Assembly: GCA_029856365.1 (NCBI GenBank)
Contig: JAHQWW010000082.1
Location: 1-16,649 of the forward strand
Source of the DNA: Candidatus Hodarchaeota archaeon
Lineage (GTDB): Archaea; Asgardarchaeota; Heimdallarchaeia; Hodarchaeales; Hodarchaeaceae
Length of the DNA: 16,649 bases
Reading direction: 5' to 3'
The position numbers and the translations under genes are program-made. This document shows positions 1 to 7,593 of this stretch, one piece after another (positions within the stretch are counted from its first letter, which is position 1; every line of letters starts with the position of its first letter). Below the pieces are notes generated by a model. The model was not told the DNA's origin and made no database searches. It saw only the letters and a program-made list of their open reading frames with translations.

Positions 1-864
1 AATCCTGTCTGTATTTTATTAGTTACCACACTTTTAGTATTTTCACATATAGTTATCCAACAACAGAAGCTCCGAAAAATAAATGAATGCTGTATCTGTA
101 GAAGAAGTATTACGAAAAATGAAGAAATAGTCATTTGTTCAGATTGTCAAACGATTTATCATCATAAACATTTATCTCTATGGTTGAAAATAAGAAAACA
201 ATGTCCTATATGTAAAAGAAGAATTGGAAATCATAATATATATTCTTTTGACGATATCAAAGCCTTTCATTCCGCAATTAGCAAAGATATCTCAAAAAAC
301 CGTATTATTTCAAATCAAAGGAAACAGAAAGGAAAAATTCGACCATCCTATATTCGTGGGGATTCTTTTGTATTAGAGTGTCCCCATTGCAAAAATATCT
401 TAGATTCACTAACTTATAAGGGCTTAAGTCAATGTCAAATGTGTGGTTCACGTATATCATGGATAAATGATCTTGTATCAAGTATTAAAAATCTAAATAA
501 CCTAACTCATGACAAAAAAAAGAGAATTAGAATAAAGAACTTTTGCGGAAATAGAGGAAAAAACGATAGAAGAATAAGCTTTCGAAATATTCAAAGGCAG
601 AAAGAGAGAAAACGAAAATTTTTTCAAAAAGAATTACAGAAACAAGCAGAAATGGAATCGCAAGATCAAATACTTTTACTCAATAAAGATTACTTAAAAA
701 GACAAACACAACTACTAGGTCATAAACAATACATTCCCTTGAGAATAATAGAATTTGAGGATAAAAAAGAGAATTTGAGAAAAACAAATTTTTTTGAACT
801 AGAAAATGTTATGATGCTTATAATGGTTATAACACTCATAATTTTTGTTACTATTTTGGTTTAG
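1..864 (+). CDS. RING-variant zinc finger protein with a second Zn ribbon and a C-terminal membrane anchor (5'-partial; putative E3 ligase)
   Basis: Frame 1 is open from base 1, so the ORF-track start at 184 cuts through the domain. Bases 88-213 translate to CCIC-x12-CSDC-x4-HHKH-LSLW-x6-CPIC. A CPHC-x14-CQMC pair lies at 379-444, followed by a basic/charged helix and a hydrophobic C-terminus (VMMLIMVITLIIFVTILV). Confidence 0.8.
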   Translation, partial: NPVCILLVTTLLVFSHIVIQQQKLRKINECCICRRSITKNEEIVICSDCQTIYHHKHLSLWLKIRKQCPICKRRIGNHNIYSFDDIKAFHSAISKDISKNRIISNQRKQKGKIRPSYIRGDSFVLECPHCKNILDSLTYKGLSQCQMCGSRISWINDLVSSIKNLNNLTHDKKKRIRIKNFCGNRGKNDRRISFRNIQRQKERKRKFFQKELQKQAEMESQDQILLLNKDYLKRQTQLLGHKQYIPLRIIEFEDKKENLRKTNFFELENVMMLIMVITLIIFVTILV

Positions 865-962
865 TTATTATACTTCAATATTGATTTACGTCAAAGAAGG
901 CGAGATCTACTAGAGAAAAGCTATATTCAGGTATTTAATCAATAAGTAAGAATATAAATGAT

Positions 963-2435
963 ATGAAGTACCTACTCGTCAAAGTGGTGAATATTCACTT
1001 GAATGGATCAATATACGATGTTATAATAATTGGAGCTGGGATGGGAGGTCTAGGGGCTGGGATATACCTACAAACTAAAAATTCGAATTTAAAAACAGTT
1101 ATTCTGGAACAACACACCCAACCAGGGGGATATGTCACAGGTTTCAAGCGGAAAGGCTTTTACTTTGATGGAGGAGCAGAAGGAATTATGGGAATGGATG
1201 ATTCGGGAAGCTTAAGACTAGCTTTAGGGGAATTAGGGTTTGAACATAAATTTTTAAGAGAAGATCCACTGGAGCATTATTATTACGAAGATAAAGAATT
1301 TTCATTGTATACAACTAGAGAAGCTCTTTTGAAAGAGATCGAAATTCAATATCCAGATCAGAAGGAAGGGTTTGAACGTTTTTTAAAGAGATGTAAATCA
1401 ATAATACAAGAACAACAAAACGGAAAGCCAGTTCCAGAGCAAAACAAGCCTTATATTGAGTTTATCAAGGAGTTTGTGACTTCTGAAGACATCATTGATG
1501 CTTTCAATCTGTTTTGTTTATGGTTTGGTGCAACCCCAAGTGAAACTCCAGCTATTCACATAGCCCACATTATAATTGGGGTTCTTGAAGAAGGAGTATT
1601 TTACCCTAAAGGTGGTATGCAAGCGTTTTCCGATCATTTAGCTGATTTCTACGTACAAAAAGGGGGAAAAATAGTTTATAAATCAATGGTCAGAAAAATT
1701 ATTATGAATAAAGGAAGAACAGTGGGTGTCAAACTGCTTGATGGAATAACTTTTGAAGGGAAATTCATAATATCTAATGCAGACGTAAAAAAGACTATTT
1801 TACAATATGTAGGAAAACAATACTTTCCAGAAGAGTATTGGCAATCGATTGACGAATTAAGACAATCAGTAACAGGAATAATGCTTTTTTTAGGTGTTGA
1901 TGTAGATTTATCCAAGTATCCTTCTCATTTCCAAATTGGTTGCGATTTAAATGTTGTAGAAAAGGTAAATAACAATGAATTCACGCTAGATAAATTGGCA
2001 ATAAGAATACCAAGTAATATTGATCCTTCGCTAAAAAGCCAGAAAGGGGATTCTTTACTAGCATTTATTTTTCAACCCTATAATTGGGAAAATTATTGGC
2101 GTGCTGGACCAAATCTCGTAAGAGGAGATGAGTACAACAGTTATAAAGAGGAGTTGACTGATAAACTGATAACGAAAATTGAATCAGTTATTCCAAGATT
2201 ACGAGAACATATTATAGTGAAAGAATTGGCCACTCCATTGACATTTGAACGGTATGTTCAAGTAACAGATGGCGCGTGGTTCGGTCCATTTAGCTTTCAA
2301 GAACTTCCAAGTTTTAAAACGCCAATTGACAATCTCTTTCTCGTGGGGTCGAGTATAAAAGGAAGCGGCGTTCCCTCAGCACTGCGATCAGGGCTTGAAG
2401 TAGGAAAATACTTACTTGAAAAACATCTTAGCTAA
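963..2435 (+). CDS. FAD-dependent oxidoreductase, phytoene desaturase (CrtI)/retinol saturase-like family
   Basis: Motifs: YDVIIIGAGMGGL dinucleotide-binding motif, LEQHTQPGG, FKRKGFYFDGGA, YPKGGMQ, IISNAD, ATPLTFERY, and C-terminal TPIDNLFLVG...GVPSALRSG. The true start may be a downstream GTG/TTG (about 984-999). Substrate cannot be assigned. Confidence 0.88.
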   Translation: MKYLLVKVVNIHLNGSIYDVIIIGAGMGGLGAGIYLQTKNSNLKTVILEQHTQPGGYVTGFKRKGFYFDGGAEGIMGMDDSGSLRLALGELGFEHKFLREDPLEHYYYEDKEFSLYTTREALLKEIEIQYPDQKEGFERFLKRCKSIIQEQQNGKPVPEQNKPYIEFIKEFVTSEDIIDAFNLFCLWFGATPSETPAIHIAHIIIGVLEEGVFYPKGGMQAFSDHLADFYVQKGGKIVYKSMVRKIIMNKGRTVGVKLLDGITFEGKFIISNADVKKTILQYVGKQYFPEEYWQSIDELRQSVTGIMLFLGVDVDLSKYPSHFQIGCDLNVVEKVNNNEFTLDKLAIRIPSNIDPSLKSQKGDSLLAFIFQPYNWENYWRAGPNLVRGDEYNSYKEELTDKLITKIESVIPRLREHIIVKELATPLTFERYVQVTDGAWFGPFSFQELPSFKTPIDNLFLVGSSIKGSGVPSALRSGLEVGKYLLEKHLS

Positions 2436-2910
2436 GAGATGAAAGCCAAATCTAAAAAATTAAATCCTACAATAGGTTCGTAAAAAGTAACTCTGCATTC
2501 TTTGTTGTTATTGTAGATATCTTCATTGTAATCTGCCACAATATGAAGATGAGAATTATCTAAATATCTTTTTAACTCCTCTAAAATATTCCTCTGATAA
2601 GGTTACCAGGTTTAAGTATAAAAGAAAAATCTACCACTGATTTGAAGTTTCTTTACTAAGTACTTTTTGGAAATTAATTTAATATCAGAAAGAAATGACT
2701 TCTTTATTTCTGCTGTTTCTACTTGGAGGTATGGTTTTTAAAAGATAATAAATTAAAGGTATAGAAGGACATGTTAAGACGAAGCCTGTGATTCCACCTG
2801 CAAATCCAAGGTAAAAAAGTGTTAAAAATTGGTTCCAGTGACTCATACGAACATGGGTTTAGCAAAGAAAATTCTGATTTCTTTGAGGAATCGATTAAGA
2901 ACAAGGATTA

Positions 2911-3423
2911 ATGCGTTCTGAAATGCATCCTTTCATCACTTTAAAGATTAAGAACTGGGTTTTTAACTTGAACCGTTTGAATCCTAATAAACTACATGTA
3001 ACAATTTCGCCCCCAACAACCGCTGATTCACCTATAATACCTCGCTGCTATACATTAACACATTCAGATCGGACAGGAGATTTATTTTTAACCATTGCAA
3101 ATGAATTTATCAAAAAACAACTGAAAAGATGGCAAACACGAATAATGCGTGATGAGGTGTTGGCGGAATGGGTGAAAACCGAAGAAATATTTTCACTCCA
3201 TGTCTATTGTCAAATCAGTGGGGGAATTGGTCCAATAAAGTTTCGAGATAAAATTTTTCGTCAAGAATTACCCTTAGTGTTTGAAGCTTTTCGATATGGC
3301 GATCAGAAGTTATTCGCTGCCAATCCTTTCCTTGACAAGGCACAGATTTGGGTACACTTCCGATCAAAAAAGGAAAAATACAATAAAGTCGAAGAATGGG
3401 GAATTCCTGAAAATTATAAATAA
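2911..3423 (+). CDS. Staygreen (SGR) family protein, Mg-dechelatase homologue
   Basis: Family motifs: LNPNKLHV, PRCYTLTHSDRTGDLFLTI, RDEVLAEW, LHVYC, IFRQELPLVFEAFRYGD, IWVHFRS, YNKVEEWG. A more likely start is the in-frame TTG at 2968. Confidence 0.92.
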   Translation: MRSEMHPFITLKIKNWVFNLNRLNPNKLHVTISPPTTADSPIIPRCYTLTHSDRTGDLFLTIANEFIKKQLKRWQTRIMRDEVLAEWVKTEEIFSLHVYCQISGGIGPIKFRDKIFRQELPLVFEAFRYGDQKLFAANPFLDKAQIWVHFRSKKEKYNKVEEWGIPENYK

Positions 3424-3449
3424 CAAAAAGATCACGCTTCAATGGCACA

Positions 3450-3569
3450 CTTACTTTGACATATGTTGCTCAAAAATTGTAAAATACATGGCCAGCTATT
3501 ATCGCTCATGGATTGGCTAATGGATTGACGGTAATTGTGGTTGTTATTTTCGGTATTATTGGGGTATAA
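3450..3569 (+). pseudogene. C-terminal remnant of a CPBP/Abi (CAAX protease) family intramembrane metalloprotease
   Basis: Translates as LTLTYVAQKL*NTWPAIIAHGLANGLTVIVVVIFGIIGV*. It carries the WPAIIAHxxxN terminal motif, an in-frame TAA at 3480-3482, and no room for the N-terminal part of the gene. Confidence 0.7.
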
Positions 3570-3708
3570 TACTCACAAGAATTCTCTGAGTAAAAAAAAG
3601 AAATGCAAATTAAAACAATCTTACAAGAAAGTATTAATAAAATCACTGCTAATTAGATGAAGAATTGAGGTAATTTCACTAAGAAAATCATCCTATTTTT
3701 ATTAAAAC

Positions 3709-4296
3709 TTAGCTTGAAGCCAGTCTTAAACGTAGAAATTGAGCAACTTTCTTTAATCCTAACCCATTAACCATAGAAGTGGCAATCACATCGAATTGCC
3801 CGATTAAGTCCTTTTTGATAGATAAATGTAGTAATTTTTGAATGGACTCCTCAACTTCGTTAGTTAATTCATTGATTGGTTGTTTTTGATTTTTCTTATA
3901 TATTAAATCTAGTTTATTACAAATAATTATACAGGGTTTCTCCCCTAATTCTGGAAGAACGCGAGTATTGAATTCATCTCTCATCTCAAGATATCTGTCT
4001 TTATCATGCGTGTCTATGACGAAGATAACGGCATTCCCTTTTTCGAGATATGCTTTCCATTGCTTACGTAACTTCTCTTGTCCTCCTAAATCAAACACAG
4101 AAGCTGAAACTAATCCTCCTCTTATCGAAACACTTTCTAAAGTAGGTGATAGAGTAGGACTTAGATTTGGATTAAATTTGCCAGTTTTCCAACGGTAAAC
4201 AAGAGCAGTCTTTCCAGCAAAATCCAATCCACAAAGTACTAATTTTATAGGAGATCCAATTATTCGGGCTAAATGTTCAGGATTGACCATAATCAA
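3709..4296 (-). CDS. Arf/Arl-family small GTPase
   Basis: G1 GLDFAGKT, G2 PT, G3 DLGGQ followed by EKLRKQWKAY, AVIFVID, G4 NKLD, G5-like TSMVNGLGL. The likely start is the ATG at 4290. Confidence 0.95.
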   Translation of the reverse strand: MIMVNPEHLARIIGSPIKLVLCGLDFAGKTALVYRWKTGKFNPNLSPTLSPTLESVSIRGGLVSASVFDLGGQEKLRKQWKAYLEKGNAVIFVIDTHDKDRYLEMRDEFNTRVLPELGEKPCIIICNKLDLIYKKNQKQPINELTNEVEESIQKLLHLSIKKDLIGQFDVIATSMVNGLGLKKVAQFLRLRLASS

Positions 4297-4306
4297 TCAC
4301 TTATTA

Positions 4307-5833
4307 CTATCTAATCATATAACTACTTAAATGTATGACATTATTTCGATTTTTTTGAAAAATTTCTTGAAATTGAAGCAAATCAATCTCTACGTCACTA
4401 TCAAGTGTAGTAAACGTTGCAGGACGATTTCGTGATATCTCTTCAAAGTATGTTAAACTACTATTTTCAACTTTATATGTCATAATGATTATGTTTCCGT
4501 CTAGTGTCTCAAAAACTGGAAGAAAGACAACACTATCATCTGGAAGGATACCTCGCGTCATAAATTCTAATTGTGACTCTTTCTTTATGATATTGATGAA
4601 TTTATCTTTTAATTCTTCATTAACGATTAATTCAAGACGAAATTTTTTATTTATACTATCAATTATCCTTGGTAAGATAAATTCTAGATAACTGTCGTGG
4701 ATGATATTTATTCTAACATATTTCACATAGTTTAATTCCCTTTCTAACCTTTTAATAAAAGAATCATATGAATTTAAAGTTGATTGAAAGATTTCAGGAT
4801 CAATGAATTTTACGTACTTCATTGCATATTCTAAATGCTGAATATCGGCCTTATGAACAGAGTAAAACTCTCTAACAGGCTTATAAAGAGAATCTGCGAT
4901 CTCATCTAGTGATTTTACTAGTACAAGAGCAACAGTTGCTTTTGGATGACGTTCCTTCCCAGATTCGTGTCCTTTTGTCGAACCACTAAAAATAGTTTGA
5001 CAAAAGAGGCTTAAACCGCTCAAGATGATGTTAAAGTCCTTTTCTCCAGATATTGTTATTTGATTTCTTCCCTCTTCAAAAAATATTTTTATTTGAGTAG
5101 CAATTTTCGTTTGTTCAGTATTAGAATATCCTAAATAATTCAAATCTTTCTTTATCATTGAAGGATCTGTATGAATATCCTCTTTCTTAAAGGGTTTAAT
5201 TTTCTCTTTAAAGAAATTTCGTTTGGCTACATAACCCCCTTCATTGATTAAAGAAGCTAAAATGAAGCTTTCATTGCTCTGGAGAAATAGGGAGGAAAAT
5301 GCAAAATCCGTAAGGTGAAAAAGGGACTCAATGCGGTTTTTAAGAATCTTTAAATTCTGAAAATAATTAATCAGTGTTTTAAGACGGTTTTTTTCCTTAG
5401 GACTTATTATACATTTCTTGTGAATCCTATTTAGAAGATCGTGAGCATCTTGAGGAGTACCCAGAAGTTGAGAACCAAGCTTTTGAAGTGCTAATCTCTG
5501 GATTATATCCGATAATGGAGTGGTCAATATTATTGTTTTTGGACGGTGATGTGAGATCGATGTTAAACCAAGTGCTTCCAGAGTTGGAAGACCCGAAAGA
5601 AGACGATGTATCGTTATATCTAGATCTCTTGCTAAAGATGTTGTTTTCATTTTTCCCCCATGAAGAATTATTGATAACAATATTTGAGCTTCAAGGTCTG
5701 GTAATCCCGATTGAGTGAATAATCTTAATAAGCGAACCCTAAGAAAAGAATTAGCTGGAATTGGTTCTAAATATGCATTAGCAGGATTATTCTCTTTAAT
5801 AATTCGTACTGTTTTATCTCTGCGCCCTGACAT
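4307..5833 (-). CDS. TrmB-like transcriptional regulator with duplicated winged-HTH and a C-terminal effector-binding-like domain
   Basis: The N-terminal segment GLPDLEAQILLSIILHGG-KTTSLARDLDI-LLSGLPTLEALGL-HRPK-PLSDIIQRL fits the TrmB wHTH pattern. A second degenerate copy follows (LQSNESFILASLINEGG...ILSGL...HPK...SLDEIADSL). The C-terminal alpha/beta region resembles the PLD-like TrmB domain. GGAGT RBS at 5841-5845. Confidence 0.65.
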   Translation of the reverse strand: MSGRRDKTVRIIKENNPANAYLEPIPANSFLRVRLLRLFTQSGLPDLEAQILLSIILHGGKMKTTSLARDLDITIHRLLSGLPTLEALGLTSISHHRPKTIILTTPLSDIIQRLALQKLGSQLLGTPQDAHDLLNRIHKKCIISPKEKNRLKTLINYFQNLKILKNRIESLFHLTDFAFSSLFLQSNESFILASLINEGGYVAKRNFFKEKIKPFKKEDIHTDPSMIKKDLNYLGYSNTEQTKIATQIKIFFEEGRNQITISGEKDFNIILSGLSLFCQTIFSGSTKGHESGKERHPKATVALVLVKSLDEIADSLYKPVREFYSVHKADIQHLEYAMKYVKFIDPEIFQSTLNSYDSFIKRLERELNYVKYVRINIIHDSYLEFILPRIIDSINKKFRLELIVNEELKDKFINIIKKESQLEFMTRGILPDDSVVFLPVFETLDGNIIIMTYKVENSSLTYFEEISRNRPATFTTLDSDVEIDLLQFQEIFQKNRNNVIHLSSYMIR

Positions 5834-6070
5834 ATCTTTTACTCCATCTTTGACCTTAATAGATGTTCTTAAAAATTTTATTAATAAAAAAATTAAGATA
5901 ATATGTTTTAAGGCAAAAATAAAAATAACTTTAATTTGTTCATTCGTTCACAATTAGATTTCTTAGAAACTATTTTGAGAAGGAAAAGAAATGTATGTAA
6001 ATACGATATATTTCATGGTTTATTCTTTGTTGAATCGGATTAAATGTAATTCATAAGAGTGTAACTTGAA

Positions 6071-7021
6071 TTGTCACTGCAAAGGATTTTTCAACAGGTG
6101 TTTATTCAAACATTTATAGATTCTGGGCCTGTGATATTAGATTATTTTTCCACGGATCTTTTAGAAGAGAATCTAACTACTCTAGCATTACGACTTCAAC
6201 TGAGGGTGGTTGAGGGGTTAGATACAGAAAAACAAAAAACAATATATAACGAACTTTGCGGTCCTGACTCAGCTGTGACTGGGAATAGGACTATATGGTA
6301 TAATTGGCGGATTAATAATCAATTCTCAAATGATAAACGGATTTTGGAATATGGTACCCCGTTGTCTGTGTTTCTAATTTATGAGAGAGAAGATGAAGAT
6401 TTAATCAATACATCACGAGGGGTCATTGAGGAAGTTTTCAATAAATTAAGTATTGATCTTCGTTCAATTGATGAGATCTTGAAAAAAATTTTTGGTTCAA
6501 ACTATGATAATGCATTAAAATGCTATCAAGAGGTTATAAATAATCCACAATCCCGCTATTTTGCCAAAGACCTAATTGAAGTATTGACTCAGGCAATGAC
6601 TCAACATTACAAAGAGATATCTAAATCTTTGCCAGATACAACAAAGTTTAGGATTATATTACAAAGAATGGTATTCAAAGAGGGATTACCTGATGCTATA
6701 GAAAAGTCTCAAAGAAAAGATTATTGGCAAACAATTTTAGATCAACTTGATAAAATAATTAGACAACTGGAGAGTCATACCGAGGAGTTGTTTCTAAAAG
6801 AAGATTTATTACGAGTATATAAGTTACTTGCATCTCAACGAGTTTGGCGTGATCTACCAATAACAAGGATTCCAGATCATCGAATACAAGAAATTGATGT
6901 TTCAAATTTCTTTTTTTGGGCATGGTTAGGGCTTAAAGGAATAGTAAAAGAGAAATGGATTAGAAATCTTTATCGTGATCTACGAAATGACAAAATAGAT
7001 CTATTTGATCATTCTGAATGA
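6071..7021 (+). CDS. Hypothetical protein with a putative N-terminal uDENN/longin-like domain
   Basis: 316-aa ORF with a TTG start. It opens with strand-F-x-D-x-GP-strand (VFIQTFIDSGPVIL), then a helix, LCGP, the strand IWYNWRI, DKR, and the strand LSVFLIY. The C-terminal half is helical. The ORF is confident; the domain call is tentative. Confidence 0.55.
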   Translation: MSLQRIFQQVFIQTFIDSGPVILDYFSTDLLEENLTTLALRLQLRVVEGLDTEKQKTIYNELCGPDSAVTGNRTIWYNWRINNQFSNDKRILEYGTPLSVFLIYEREDEDLINTSRGVIEEVFNKLSIDLRSIDEILKKIFGSNYDNALKCYQEVINNPQSRYFAKDLIEVLTQAMTQHYKEISKSLPDTTKFRIILQRMVFKEGLPDAIEKSQRKDYWQTILDQLDKIIRQLESHTEELFLKEDLLRVYKLLASQRVWRDLPITRIPDHRIQEIDVSNFFFWAWLGLKGIVKEKWIRNLYRDLRNDKIDLFDHSE

Positions 7022-7194
7022 ATAAATTAGCACAGAGAATATTTAATTAACATATTTTTGCTTAAATCACTGATTTTTGATTTATATTGAATATATGCAA
7101 AATAAAAATTCTATTAAACAAGTTATGATTGTTGTTTACCACTTCTTAATTCACTTTTCTGATATAATATGACTAATAGACAATTATTACTTTG

Positions 7195-7215
7195 TTTTCG
7201 AAAACTTTATTAAAT
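7195..7215 (+). promoter_or_regulatory. BRE/TATA-like archaeal promoter element
   Basis: TTTTCGAAAACTTTATTAAAT; near-identical to the element at 10041-10060. It lies about 380 nt upstream of the 7594 ATG. Confidence 0.45.
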
Positions 7216-7593
7216 TTATCATTAATTATCTATATGTATTCATTATTAGCGTATAATAGATAAGAACAAGAATCAATGAAAATTGACATTGTATTATAGA
7301 TAAAAACTAACAATAAAGGAATTCTAGGTAAAAGTAATTGAAGAAGATAGATCAATATTTACAGAAATGTTTAATAACAATTTTACTTAGTTTTTTCCTT
7401 TTTTTAATATCGTCTGAAATCTTTTCTTTAAAGTATTAAAGGAATTCAAAAATCACAAAAATGCAAAACTTAAGATGGTGAAAAAAACCAAAGACGAATC
7501 ACAAAAATAATATTTTTCACTGATCAAATGTGCAAGGACAATATTATGAACATGGAGTGAAAAACAATTAAAAATTATTCCATTAATTCTAAG

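Noticed and set aside
862-945. TAG readthrough (pyrrolysine or recoding) extending the RING protein by LLYFNIDLRQRRR...
   Set aside because: Only 26 open codons; other genes here end normally at TAG; no supporting signal.
1676-1915. Antisense ORF inside the oxidoreductase
   Set aside because: Shadow of a well-supported gene; no motifs.
2719-2904. 61-aa minus-strand ORF
   Set aside because: Short, non-ATG start, no recognisable motif.
3215-3520. ORFs 3215-3448 (-) and 3281-3520 (+)
   Set aside because: They overlap SGR; the meaningful signal downstream is the CPBP remnant in a different frame.
3968-5957. Plus-strand ORFs 3968-4198, 4485-4691, 5488-5718, 5715-5957
   Set aside because: Antisense shadows of the Arf and TrmB-like genes.
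7546-7593. In-frame ATG AAC ATG GAG TGA upstream of the FG-GAP gene as selenocysteine readthrough
   Set aside because: GGAGTGA is better explained as an RBS-like sequence or chance; no redox motif or recognisable SECIS.
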